Below, in pieces: positions 31,041 through 41,523 of a DNA stretch of 64,000 nt. The notes under the pieces are model-generated. The model saw nothing but the letters and a program-made list of their open reading frames with translations, made no database searches and was not told the DNA's origin. Origin of the DNA: Candidatus Bathyarchaeota archaeon. GTDB lineage: Archaea > Thermoproteota > Bathyarchaeia > Bathyarchaeales > Bathycorpusculaceae. Within the stretch, counting starts at the first letter, position 1. Each line of letters starts with the position of its first letter. The stretch is from the NCBI GenBank assembly GCA_963806535.1, contig CAWDYC010000007.1, positions 320,001 through 384,000 on the forward strand. The letters are read 5' to 3'. The translations under genes were made by a program, and so were the position numbers.

Positions 31041-31137
31041 ATCACAAAAGCATCACAGCCTCATCACAAGCTGTGATATCAAAAGCCTTTTAACCATAAA
31101 TCACCGTGATTTTAATGTGATTGGTGACGTCACAAAT
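31041..31137. repeat. RTCAC/GTGAY pentamer cluster 1
   Basis: 9 copies in about 95 bp, including GTGACGTCACAAAT (31124-31137). Confidence 0.75.
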
Positions 31138-31534
31138 TGTTTTCGTAAGCCGTTTCCTTTAATCTATTGTCAGGAAACATGAAACCTAAAAGACATAAAC
31201 ACCAAATAAATGTGTTTTAGAAAGTATATTGTTTCAAAACTACCGAAATATAGACAAGTGTAGCTTTGAGAAGACGGTTGAAACTGTATTGTTTGTGTAA
31301 AATTAATAAGAAAGCTCAAGGCAAAGATCCAAGAATTTTGCTCTTTATATGTTAACTGCACATTATCACCGTTTAAAAGCCAAAAAAGCCTCTCATTTGC
31401 CGCATTTTCCCATTTTGCGTTGTATTTACTTAGTTAATAATGGCTAAATCTTAAATTGCCACTTGGATAAACCTTAAAAAGTCGACTCAGTATACAAAAG
31501 TGTATTCATTCAGGTATACGGAGAAACGGAAGAT

Positions 31535-32014
31535 TTGAAGCTCAAAGATGGCGTACAGGCATGGCTAAATGGAGCATTAAACGACCCCATTGTCAAAATA
31601 CTTGCTAAAAACAGCCAATTAACAAAAACACAACTTGAAACACTACTAATAGACATTTTAGCCGAAAATATTGCGGGAAAACAGCTAAAATACGATGAAA
31701 AAGCCAATTTACGACTAACTAAGGCTAAAATAAGCCGCGGAGCATTTAATAGGACACTAAAACAGTCCAAAGAAAACGTCATAAAATCGATATATACGGT
31801 TCTACTTTTAGGCTATTTAGGGGTGTTTGAAAGCACAACTCTCGATCCCTATCTCGAAATAGCCAATAAACTGCACGAATATGTAGACGCACACCAAGAC
31901 ACACCAAACAAGGAAGAGGAACTAAAAGACCATCTAAAAGTAATAGAAATCATCCGCCAAGAGCTTGAAACAAGCCTAAAACGCCTTTCTAACCCATCAG
32001 AAGAGGTCTTGTGA
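31535..32014 (+). CDS. Archaeal HTH-like protein
   Basis: SQLTKTQLETLLID...ISRGAFNRTLKQSKENV helix pattern. Confidence 0.7.
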   Translation: MKLKDGVQAWLNGALNDPIVKILAKNSQLTKTQLETLLIDILAENIAGKQLKYDEKANLRLTKAKISRGAFNRTLKQSKENVIKSIYTVLLLGYLGVFESTTLDPYLEIANKLHEYVDAHQDTPNKEEELKDHLKVIEIIRQELETSLKRLSNPSEEVL

Positions 32015-32306
32015 CGTCACAAATCACAGCGATTAACGAAAGTAATCGCCTTCAAAAGATAGTTGCATTAATCGACATAAAAACATTATTTTCAAGCCCC
32101 AAACGGCAAAATAAGATTGAATTATGCCTCTATTAATCATGTTAAACAAGAGCTTAAGAGGAATGAAAATTCTGTGACGTGTGATATCATGGTTAACGTG
32201 ATTTGACATCACCACAATCCTTAAAAAGTCCATGGATAACTGTGATGTGTGATGCAACCAACTAAATCACGTATAATCACATTAAGATCACAGAGGGCAA
32301 AATCAC
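32011..32306. repeat. RTCAC/GTGAY pentamer cluster 2
   Basis: GTGACGTCACAAAT at 32011-32024 is identical to cluster 1; 10 further copies in 32174-32306. Confidence 0.75.
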
Positions 32307-32337
32307 GGTCGATTTTGTAACTGTTCTCTTAGGCGTT

Positions 32338-33033
32338 TTGCTTGTTGCGACGGTAACTGCATCAGTTGAATATTACAGGCAGGTACGTAAGGCACAGAAA
32401 GAGTATGAGAAAGCCAAGGATATTGTAGAAGATATTGTTCTTAGTTTTGACCGGGAACTCAAACGTGAAGCCGACAAATTAGATAATATTGCTTTCAAAA
32501 TTGAGGGAAATTTCGCCAAAGCAGATACCAGCCTAAAAAAAGTAGACATCTTAGAGAAAAAAATAATTCCATTAGAAAATCAAATTAGCAATATGTCGCA
32601 AATTAATTCTCAAAGCAATACAAATATCCTGTCAGGATTAACTGGTTTGGAATCGAAAATCAAAAATATAGAAACCTCACAAGAAACAATAAAAGTAAAA
32701 ATTGCCAGTTTCGAAGAACAAATCCAAAAGTTTACTACCTCCCCAGAAATTAGAGCTGAACCCGTTATGCCAATTAGACGTGACAAGGCAATGGCAACAT
32801 TAACCGATACAGAAATTGCAGTGCTGGAAATGTTATCTTCAGAAGGCCCTAAGACAGCGCCCGAAATCAAAGAAAAAGTACACCTCAGCAGAGAACATAC
32901 AGCTAGGCTAATGAAGAAACTCTATGAAGAAGGCTACCTGGAGAGGGAAATAGGTAAAATACCGTTCAGCTACAGCATCAAAAAAGAAATGGAAAAATTG
33001 CTGAAGAAACCCGAAAACATCCAACCCACATAA
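32338..33033 (+). CDS. Membrane-anchored coiled-coil protein with C-terminal winged HTH
   Basis: Frame is open upstream (VDFVTVLLGVLLVATVTASV, a TM helix); heptad-rich middle; LTDTEIAVLEML...LSREHTARLMKKLYEEGYLER wHTH. Confidence 0.8.
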   Translation: MLVATVTASVEYYRQVRKAQKEYEKAKDIVEDIVLSFDRELKREADKLDNIAFKIEGNFAKADTSLKKVDILEKKIIPLENQISNMSQINSQSNTNILSGLTGLESKIKNIETSQETIKVKIASFEEQIQKFTTSPEIRAEPVMPIRRDKAMATLTDTEIAVLEMLSSEGPKTAPEIKEKVHLSREHTARLMKKLYEEGYLEREIGKIPFSYSIKKEMEKLLKKPENIQPT

Positions 33034-33088
33034 TTTTTTAAACTAATTATTAACACGTAGTTCAGTGTCTGACAGTTAGCAATTTATG

Positions 33089-33520
33089 TTACTTCATCCG
33101 CTGCTTCAAAGTGGCTTGAGGAATATTTGGCGCAGTTTTGTACTTCAAATTGTTAGACCCCCCAGTTCTTAGAAGCATGCCTTTGCTTGCCATCCTTGAA
33201 AGATAGGTAGAAACTGTACTAAGACTAACTGGCTCTTTTAGCTCCTGTTCATAGACCGATTGAATTTCTTTTGAAGAAAACCAAATCAACGGAAAACTCT
33301 TTTGAACTACCAGTTGAACTTTTTCAAAACGTGAAAGAACCCGACTGGGCAAGGAAGCGCCTGCATTTACTGCAGGACCCTCACTTGGTGCACCGCCTAA
33401 CAACTCTACAAGATCTAAGAGGCGAAGAGCTTTGTCTCGGGTTACTTGACCCTCGAAAGCAATAGTATATCGATTACCATCGCTATCGAACAGCTCCACA
33501 CGCATCTTACGAGCTGGCAT
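33089..33520 (-). CDS. Winged-helix DNA-binding protein
   Basis: WFSSKEIQSVYEQ...SLSTVSTYLSRMASKGML; small N-terminal domain and linker. Confidence 0.75.
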   Translation of the reverse strand: MPARKMRVELFDSDGNRYTIAFEGQVTRDKALRLLDLVELLGGAPSEGPAVNAGASLPSRVLSRFEKVQLVVQKSFPLIWFSSKEIQSVYEQELKEPVSLSTVSTYLSRMASKGMLLRTGGSNNLKYKTAPNIPQATLKQRMK

Positions 33521-33538
33521 TAGGTGTACACCTTAAGG

Positions 33539-33839
33539 TTCACAGCTTTACACTTCACAACTTATAGCTGTTATGGTGAAACAGGGTAACATAAAAAATG
33601 AAAATAGTGCTTGTTTTAGTAAAATGATTGAAAATTTCAGTCTATTCAGCATAACCAACTTCACAATAAATCAGAATGTCTAAAGAACTAAAGTTCTGTG
33701 TTTGGTTTCAGTTCTCCAGTAGAAGCGGAGGGGTGTGTTGTTCACAGTAAACTGACAAGAAATAGGTAATCTTTGAGTAAAGGAAGGTGATTAAGCAACA
33801 AAATTAATGCTATTTCACATGTATTCACAATTTTGTGAA
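33539..33839. repeat. TTCAC/GTGAA pentamer cluster 3
   Basis: 8 copies at 33539, 33554, 33576, 33660, 33741, 33814, 33824 and 33835. Confidence 0.6.
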
Positions 33840-34315
33840 CGAAAAAACAGAAAAACTCTGTGGCAAAAACTTAAAGATTGACGATCAGAAGAAAAAGCAA
33901 ATACTTACGGTAAAAAACTACTGAGTTACCACTTATTTACCATGGGAACAATGCTTGCAGAGGCACCCCTATGTTTCCTCTCGAAGTTTTGAGAGCAAAA
34001 AGAAGTCAAGAAATCTCTTAAAAAAATTTTGAAGAATTTTTATCTAAAAAATTGGATGACAATTATTAATATACAAAATATTTACTTAACAACCAGAGTA
34101 TAGTTACTAAATAATAATATATAATGTCTTTTCTGTTATTGGCTATTTTTTTCCAGTAGAAGCTTTGGGGTGTGTCTTGCTCTCTGTTTAGTTGGTTGTT
34201 ATCTGATTTTTCCATGTTTTTTTAAGAATATTGTGCTATAGAACCAGTTTTTTGTACTGTATCCTTTATCTTCTCCACACGAAATAACGGTTCTACCTCT
34301 GAAAATGAGGGGATG
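33715..34315. other. Chromosomal replication origin (oriC)
   Basis: ORBs TCCAGTAGAAGCnnnGGGGTGTG at 33715-33737 and 34152-34174; inverted ORB TTCGAGAGGAAACATAGGGGTG (minus strand, 33964-33985); AT-rich DUE at about 34015-34150; directly upstream of cdc6. Confidence 0.9.
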
Positions 34316-34320
34316 AGAAA

Positions 34321-35562
34321 ATGGGGGATCAAAACATATTAGATGACGTATTCGAAAATTTCGTAAATGGCGTTCGGCTGTTTAAAGACAGAGAAGTTCT
34401 AAGGCATGACTATCTTCCTGAAAAATTACCCCACAGAGAAGAACAAATAAAATTGCTAGGGCAAACTGTGGCACCAGTCCTAAGAGATTCCCGATGCTCC
34501 AACATTTTTATTTATGGAAAAACCGGTACTGGAAAAACAGCAGTAACAAAATATGTATTAAGTCATTTAGAATCTAAGGCAAAAGAATATGGTTCACAAG
34601 TAAAATTTTGTTATATAAATTGTCGAATGACAGGTTCAGAATATCGCGTTTTCGCAGCTCTAAGCCAAAACATCGGTATGACGATACCTTTTACAGGGTT
34701 ATCAGTTGGCGAAGTTTTTGACAGGTTCAGAAATGCTTTAGATTCTTCAAGAATAATTTTCATAATAATTCTCGATGAAATCGATGCCTTAATCAAAGAC
34801 AAAGGTGACGCTTTCATGTATGAGTTAACAAGGATAAATGAAACTCTAACAAAAAGCAAAGTTGCGATAATCGGGATATCAAATGATCTTCGTTTGAAAG
34901 AATTTTTGGATCCAAGAGTTTTTAGTTCTCTTAGTGAGGAAGAACTGGTTTTTAGGCCATACGACGCAGGTGAACTTCGAAATATTCTTCTTGAACGCTC
35001 AAAGCTATCTTTTCAAGATGGTGCTTTGTCTGATTCAGCATTAAGTATTTGCTCTGCTTTGGCTGCTGCAGAGCATGGTGATGCTAGGCGTGCTCTGGAT
35101 TTGCTCCGTGTCGCTGGAGAAGTAGCTGAACGTCAAGGCGCAAAAGTTGTTACGGAAGAGCATGTACGTCAGGCAGAAAAACATATTGAACATAACCGAG
35201 TAGTGGAATCTCTCAAAAATTTAACGTTGCATTCCAAATTAGTGCTTCTCAGTGTTTACCACTTAAACAAACCAAGTGCAACAACAGGCGAAATATACGA
35301 TGTTTACAACGAATTATGCGGCGAAATGGGCTCAGGTCTCTTAACACAACGTCGTTTGGGCACTCTAATTAATGAGCTTGATTCCATGGGGCTTGTTAAC
35401 GCCAAAGTTGTGAGTATGGGACGATACGGCAGAACCAAAAAAATAAGACTTGAAATCTCAAGAAGCTTGATCCGAGATGTATTTAATGACGATACTCGAT
35501 TTAGCCGCTTAATCGACTATTCACCACAAACTCACGCAAAAGACTTAACTCGCCAAAGTTAG
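34321..35562 (+). CDS. cdc6: Orc1/Cdc6 replication initiator
   Basis: YLPEKLPHRE, GKTGTGKT, ILDEID, GDARRALDLLR, C-terminal WH with GRYGRT. Confidence 0.97.
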   Translation: MGDQNILDDVFENFVNGVRLFKDREVLRHDYLPEKLPHREEQIKLLGQTVAPVLRDSRCSNIFIYGKTGTGKTAVTKYVLSHLESKAKEYGSQVKFCYINCRMTGSEYRVFAALSQNIGMTIPFTGLSVGEVFDRFRNALDSSRIIFIIILDEIDALIKDKGDAFMYELTRINETLTKSKVAIIGISNDLRLKEFLDPRVFSSLSEEELVFRPYDAGELRNILLERSKLSFQDGALSDSALSICSALAAAEHGDARRALDLLRVAGEVAERQGAKVVTEEHVRQAEKHIEHNRVVESLKNLTLHSKLVLLSVYHLNKPSATTGEIYDVYNELCGEMGSGLLTQRRLGTLINELDSMGLVNAKVVSMGRYGRTKKIRLEISRSLIRDVFNDDTRFSRLIDYSPQTHAKDLTRQS

Positions 35563-35577
35563 CTTCTTGAGAACACA

Positions 35578-37154
35578 TTAGATAAATGAAAGAACTGTTA
35601 TTTCTAATGTTTGCAGGTTTACAACTGGCACTTTTCCAGGGGTAGGAACCAACCCTAATTTTTCCATGTAATCTGTCTGTGCTTGCCAACCACCTGAATT
35701 TACAACAAGTACTCCACGATAATTGAGGTATCCTAATACGTGGATGTGGCCAGCGTGAAAAATATCGGGCACTCTATCAATTACTAAGTAATCGCGGTTT
35801 TCTGGCGACAACATGGTTTTTCCTCCGTAGACGGGCGCTAAATGACGACTTTGCATTAATAGTTTCATTGATTTTTCTGGGTGAGCATGGTCCATTCCAG
35901 GTATTACAGCGACTATGTCGTCCAAGCTTCGACCATGATACATTAAAACTTCGACGCCATGCACGCTCAAAAGACAGGGGCTTCCAACAGAGTGAATATT
36001 CTTTTTCCCTTGAATTCCGGTCAAATAGCCTTCTGGAATCGCGGGCTGTGGCAAAGCTTTACGTGAAGCATCATGATTGCCAGGTGAAATCACTATTTCT
36101 ATGTAGTCAGGGAATTTTTTCCAGATATTTAGCAGCAAAATTATATTGTTTATGAACATCCCGAATGGATAATTCTTTTGCTTGGTTAGGGTAAATTCCA
36201 ACTCCATCAACGATGTCGCCGGCGATTAATACGTACTTTACTCTTCCTGCTATTTCCTTCATTTCTTCGTTTCCATATTTGCCTCTTAGCCATAATATGA
36301 ACCGTTTGAATGCTTCTTTTTCAAACTTATTGCTGCCAATGTGAAGGTCCGAAGTTAAGACAGCATAAACTGGTTCTTGGGCTCTCTGTTGAGGTTTTTT
36401 GCCTATTTCTGGAAAGATAATGTCTTCGAGCTAGGAAGAGGTTAGTTCGTGTTTTTATTACTGCCAAACAGACTACTTGGTCTGGCAAAAGAAGGAGTGC
36501 TCTTTTTTTGACTTCTTCTTGCGCTTTTTGAGGAACCAAAACGGTTGCGCTTCCTTGCAGATCTTCAACTGACAATATCATTTGATTTTTTGATTCTCTC
36601 TTTTCCGTTATCATACAAATTAGCTTGAGTTTTGTTTTGGCAGGAGATTTGAGCGCTTCAATTATTGATGTTGCGGCTCTTACATCGATTCTTTGTCGAA
36701 GCAAATGTTCTATTCGTTTGAATCTGTCTTGGAAATATAGTATATATTCTTCTAATGTGCCGTTGGAACTAAGTTTGCCAGTTGCATCTTCAAGGACAAA
36801 TAGGTTTGACTTTATATCCTTGGCGTATGGATAAAAACTGGTGTTCAAATCTGCAATGACTTGATTTAGATGCTGAGTGGTATGTTGTTGAATAGGGTGC
36901 TGTTGCTGTGGCTGCGTTTGCGTTTCGATAACTGGTACGGTTAGCTGTTGCGCCAAAGTTTCCAAGAATGCTTTGTCAATAAAGAATGGTTTTTCTTCTA
37001 GGTCCTGGAGTTTTCGAAGAGCTGAATTCATAATGTCCACTGGGTCGTTGAGGTCAGAGTTTTGGCTCAAGAATTCGAAAGCTTCGCTGTCTAACTGGTA
37101 TCCTGCCGCGAGTGTTGTCTCCATTGCTTTTTGTAGTTTTTCTTCTGCACTCAT
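35578..37154 (-). CDS. polB: DNA polymerase D small subunit DP1 (two frameshifts)
   Basis: OB fold, SDLHIGS and AGDIVDG in the middle frame, PGNHD, YHGRS, RHLAP, GHIH. Confidence 0.93.
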
Positions 37155-37785
37155 TTTGATCTTGTTACCGTGCTTTGAATTGATGGTTAAGTGTTAGGCT
37201 CTTATGCTTTTGCTTTATTTACTGTTTTTCATTTTGCTGTGCAAACTTGAGCTTAGCAGAAAACTTAGTTTCTTTGTCTGAAGTTAATTCAAATTAAACC
37301 TTTAACCAGAAAACAGCCCAAAACAAAAACAAAACATTTGCCGTCAAGAGGTTTCAGGATGTAAAGAAACACAAATAGCGGAATATGTACACCAGAAATG
37401 AATAAAGATACAATCTGCCCTTTAGGATTGTAAATTGGGCCAAAAAAGGTCTAACAGAATCATTTTCAGTCTAATGCAGTCATAAAGAGTCAAAAACAGT
37501 CAAATCTAGTCTCAACCCGCAAACAGAGCAAACCCTGAACCAAAGAAGCAAACTGAAACACAAACAACCAAATTTAGTTCAAAAAAATAAGGCCCTATTA
37601 GCCTTCACTTTTATCACTCAACGTGCAACCAAATTAAGCTTTAAACCAAAAAAGCAATTTGAAATAATCTGAACGAAAACTAATACAGAAAACCATCAAC
37701 AAGTCTACTTTATCTTCTATGTTTTAAAAAAACTGATTATTCGAAATTGATTTAGTTTATATAAGCGACGTACAGTTTAGATAAG

Positions 37786-38784
37786 TTGTATCTTGCTTGG
37801 GGTAAGCTTATGAGTGAATCACGCAAAGTTCAACAAACACCCACCGGCACTTTTTTTGTTTGCGTGCCTAGAGATTGGGCTAAGAAGAACGCCTTAAAAA
37901 AAGGTGACTTAGTACGATTGGAAGTTACCGGTGACGGCAAGCTTGTTGTGGATCCATCCAATAACGTTGAGACGCCACCTAGAATTACCTCTTTAACGGT
38001 CGGCCCCTACTTGGGCAGAGAGATTGTTGGCCGTTACCTATTAGGCTATGATATAATTGATATTGAAGCAAAAGACAGAATTGATTCTGAAGCCAGAAAA
38101 ATAGTTAAGTCAACTGCCAGTTCATTAGCTGGTTTAGAGATTGTAGAGGAAACGAGCTCAAAGATTTCTCTGCAAACCTTAATGCAGCAGCCATCTGGAT
38201 TTATACCCGAAAAAATTCTGCATCGAACTTACGCAATTGTAGCAGGAATGACTCGCGACGCTGCTAATTCTTTTGTTTATGGCGATGTTGAGTTAGCTAA
38301 GAATGTTATTGAGAGAGATGCTGAAAGCAACAAATTGTATTTTCTCTTGGTTAGAATTCTAAGGACAATCATTCAGAATCCTCGCTTAAGCGATAAGCTG
38401 GGAATTACTCCAATAGAGTGTTTGGATTATCGTTTGGCCGCAAGTCTGATTGAAGGCATTGGCGATGCATGTGTGCAAGTAGCCGCAAAAACAATTGCGT
38501 TGAACGGCGTAAAGATGTCTACTGAACTGCAAAAACTGCTTCTTGATTTGCAGGAAGTTTGTTGCAAAGCCAATGAACAGGCCTTAAAATCCTTCGTAAC
38601 CAAGGATATTTCTATGGCAGAAAACGTGCGAAACCTAAGGACAAAAATCGATGATACATACTCAAACATTGAGCAAGAGGCAAAAGACTCTTCTGTAGAT
38701 TTAATGCCGCAGCTTTTGGCAACAGTTTCTTTTCTTAGACAGATTTACGAACGTAGCGTAGACATGGCAGACTTGGTTGTTTAA
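37786..38784 (+). CDS. phoU: Phosphate uptake regulator (AbrB plus PhoU domains)
   Basis: RKVQQT...VPRDWA AbrB N-terminus, YLLGYD, two PhoU repeats; start probably ATG at 37810. Confidence 0.85.
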   Translation: MYLAWGKLMSESRKVQQTPTGTFFVCVPRDWAKKNALKKGDLVRLEVTGDGKLVVDPSNNVETPPRITSLTVGPYLGREIVGRYLLGYDIIDIEAKDRIDSEARKIVKSTASSLAGLEIVEETSSKISLQTLMQQPSGFIPEKILHRTYAIVAGMTRDAANSFVYGDVELAKNVIERDAESNKLYFLLVRILRTIIQNPRLSDKLGITPIECLDYRLAASLIEGIGDACVQVAAKTIALNGVKMSTELQKLLLDLQEVCCKANEQALKSFVTKDISMAENVRNLRTKIDDTYSNIEQEAKDSSVDLMPQLLATVSFLRQIYERSVDMADLVV

Positions 38785-38838
38785 TCGCTGGTAAAGGGTT
38801 AAATTTCCAAGTTTATATTCACATCAGGGATAACTTGC

Positions 38839-39459
38839 ATGTCAAGTATTACTGATAGAGTCGCTGATGCTCTTTACTCATCTGGCTGCTTAAAGTTTGG
38901 AAGTTTCAAAATTAAGTCAGGAGCAACCAGCCCATATTACATAGACCTTGCCCGTTTGCTTTCTAAGCCAAAACATCTTTGCACGATTGCTGAAGTAGCA
39001 GCTGAGCAGATAACACAAATAATGATTTCTGACCGTATAGACAAGTTAGCCTCGATTGAGCTCAAAGGTGCTTTGATAGTCCCTAGCATAGCTTGCGAAC
39101 TAAATTTGCCCTGTATTATAGTTAGAAAAGAGTCGAAAGCCTACGGTGTTACAGGCAGAATAGCTGGCGCCGACGTAGCAAAAGGCGATAACATCCTCTT
39201 CTTCGATGACGTCGTAAGCGAAGGGTTATCCAAAATTGAAGGCATCAAACCATTGCAGGAGTTAGACGGTAATGTCAAGCATTTGCTTGTTGTTGTCAAC
39301 AGGGAACAAGGCGGCAAAGAGAACTTGGAAAAACTAGGTTTTAAAGTGCATTCTTTAGCTAAAGTTAGTGAACTCGTTAATTCGCTATATCAGAGCGCCC
39401 GTATTTCAAGCCTTCAACAACAAGAAGTAATTGATTATGTAAGAACTTCCAAGACTTAG
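38839..39459 (+). CDS. pyrE: Orotate phosphoribosyltransferase
   Basis: FGSFKIKSG..SPYYID, RKESKAYG, FDDVVSEG. Confidence 0.9.
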   Translation: MSSITDRVADALYSSGCLKFGSFKIKSGATSPYYIDLARLLSKPKHLCTIAEVAAEQITQIMISDRIDKLASIELKGALIVPSIACELNLPCIIVRKESKAYGVTGRIAGADVAKGDNILFFDDVVSEGLSKIEGIKPLQELDGNVKHLLVVVNREQGGKENLEKLGFKVHSLAKVSELVNSLYQSARISSLQQQEVIDYVRTSKT

Positions 39460-39624
39460 AAAAATGTCCCACTCAAAGTTTTATGACATTATTTACATAA
39501 CCGCTCTTTCTGATTGCATAAGTTCAAATCTAATTAGCGAAAAGTAGTATTTCAGACGAATAGAAACCGCACATTTATTTGGATGTAGCTCACACAAGAA
39601 TAACTTTAAAGGAAGACATAACCA

Positions 39625-40641
39625 ATGAACGACCAAAGACAAGTGGTTAACGCCTTACTAAATCCTCAAGCTTATCCCCAAGAACCAGGCAAAATCAAAC
39701 TGATACAAACACACATATCTTTTGTCTTTGTAACCAAAAAATATGTTTACAAAATGAAGAAGGCAGTAAACTTTGGCTTTCTCGACTTCTCTACTCTTAG
39801 CAAGAGACGCTTTTTCTGTGAAAAAGAATTGGAGCTCAACAAGAGACTTTGCGCAGATGTGTACCTCGAAGTTGTGCCTATCAACCAATCAAACATTATT
39901 AAAATACAAGGCGATGGCGAAACAATTGAATTTGCTCTAAAAATGAAACGTCTTCCTCAGCAAAAAATAATGACCCTGCTGCTTAAAAAAGGCAAAGTTA
40001 ACGATAAAACCATCGATGATTTAACCAAAATTATTGTGGAATTCCATTCTAACGCACAAACAAACAATGAAATAAACGATTATGGCTCTCTTAAAATTAT
40101 AAAGACTAATTGGGATGAAAATTTCGCTCAAACCCTGAAATATATTAATCAAACAATCTCCAAACCGGATTTAGAATTTATTCAGAGTCGCATAAACGAC
40201 TTCATGGAAAAAAATAACCTGCTCTTTGAAAGCAGAATAAGAAATAATAAAATCAGAGACTGCCATGGTGATATGCACTCAGGAAACATATTCATCACGG
40301 AGCCTATCTGCATCTTTGATGCTATCGAATTTAACGATCGTTTCAGATACTCTGATGTGGCTTCAGATGTTGCGTTTTTAGCAATGGACCTTGATTTTCA
40401 AGATAGACCTGACTTGTCAGCTTACTTCATCGGCAGATACATAACTTACTCCAAAGACCAAGAACTGAAAGGAGTTCTTTCATTTTACAAGTGCTATAGA
40501 GCCTATGTTCGTGGAAAAGTGATCAGTTTCAAACTTGATGACCAAAACGTGACGGCTGAGGAAAAGAAACGCGCAGTCAAAGACGCACAAGCATACTTTA
40601 GACTGGCTCTCGAATATGCGAAAGAATTACAGAACTTTTAG
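39625..40641 (+). CDS. Aminoglycoside phosphotransferase-like kinase (COG2187/Rv2004c N-terminal domain)
   Basis: IQTHISFVF, GFLDFSTL, RDCHGDMHSGNI, FDAIEFNDRFR, YRAYVRGKV. Confidence 0.88.
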   Translation: MNDQRQVVNALLNPQAYPQEPGKIKLIQTHISFVFVTKKYVYKMKKAVNFGFLDFSTLSKRRFFCEKELELNKRLCADVYLEVVPINQSNIIKIQGDGETIEFALKMKRLPQQKIMTLLLKKGKVNDKTIDDLTKIIVEFHSNAQTNNEINDYGSLKIIKTNWDENFAQTLKYINQTISKPDLEFIQSRINDFMEKNNLLFESRIRNNKIRDCHGDMHSGNIFITEPICIFDAIEFNDRFRYSDVASDVAFLAMDLDFQDRPDLSAYFIGRYITYSKDQELKGVLSFYKCYRAYVRGKVISFKLDDQNVTAEEKKRAVKDAQAYFRLALEYAKELQNF

Positions 40642-41508
40642 TTATACGAATTGGTCAGCCACGCAATTAGGAATTTGAACCGTGCCCATTAGGATTGGTT
40701 TTTGGTGGCAATCACTTCCGCCAGTCATAATTAACCCTTGCTTTTTTGCAAACGCTATGTAGTGACTTGTTGTTTCTTGCGTGTTTCTTGAATGCCAACA
40801 CTCTATACCATCGATATAAGGCAAAATTTTCTCTTGTATGATTTCCGTTTGCTCAACTAATGATTTAGTTAATGTTGTCAACGATGTGCCATGAGGATCA
40901 TTTGGGTGAGCGAGAACGAGTTTTCCCCCGGCGTTTCTGATAAGATTGGCTGCTTCTTCCAAACTAAGCGGGTACTTGGGAACATCGCATTTTACAAGGT
41001 ACTTATCGAACGCTTCTTGCCGTGACTGCACTATGTTCTTCTTGACTAAGTAATCAGCAATGTGAGGCCTACCCAAAACTCCGTCAACCGATTCTTCAAT
41101 CTGCCTGAAATCATCATCAGTTAGAGCTGGAATATTTTCTTTTTTGAACTCAGCATTAAGGTTAGCAAGAATTTTCGCTGCCCTTTCATCTCGGAACTTT
41201 GCCATCATTTCAAGTTTGCTTTTCAAGGCAATATTTTCTGCGTCAAATTGGTAGCCTAAAAAATCTAGTGAAACAGCTTTTCCGTCACGGAACTTTGGAT
41301 GGCAAAACGTCACATTTAACTCTACACCCGTGACATAACGGATACTCTCATGTTTAGCAATTGCAACGGCTTTTGTTTGACAACTGATAGTATCATGGTC
41401 TGAGATTGACAAGAAGTCTATTTTTCGGTTTTTTGCTTCTTTAAAGATTTCTTGAACGGTAAGTTTGCCATCCGAGGATTTTGAGTGAATATGCAGATCG
41501 ATTATCAT
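40642..41508 (-). CDS. PHP domain phosphoesterase
   Basis: DLHIHSKSSDG, SDHD, GRPHIA, LAHP, GGSDCH. Confidence 0.9.
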   Translation of the reverse strand: MIIDLHIHSKSSDGKLTVQEIFKEAKNRKIDFLSISDHDTISCQTKAVAIAKHESIRYVTGVELNVTFCHPKFRDGKAVSLDFLGYQFDAENIALKSKLEMMAKFRDERAAKILANLNAEFKKENIPALTDDDFRQIEESVDGVLGRPHIADYLVKKNIVQSRQEAFDKYLVKCDVPKYPLSLEEAANLIRNAGGKLVLAHPNDPHGTSLTTLTKSLVEQTEIIQEKILPYIDGIECWHSRNTQETTSHYIAFAKKQGLIMTGGSDCHQKPILMGTVQIPNCVADQFV

Positions 41509-41523
41509 CTAACAATTCTCTGA

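Noticed and set aside
31041-32306. CRISPR or simple tandem repeat
   Set aside because: Short pentamers in both orientations with no repeat-spacer periodicity
17645-37154. Frameshifts in DP2, DP1, nadK, nob1 and ygiD (also radical SAM, zinc ribbon, YciI and HD genes) as programmed frameshifting or pseudogenes
   Set aside because: They hit essential genes, are single-base, often lie in or near homopolymers and share no slippery motif; best explained as sequencing/assembly indels
37155-37785. Second origin in the long A-rich intergenic region
   Set aside because: No ORB motifs; consistent with a divergent promoter region
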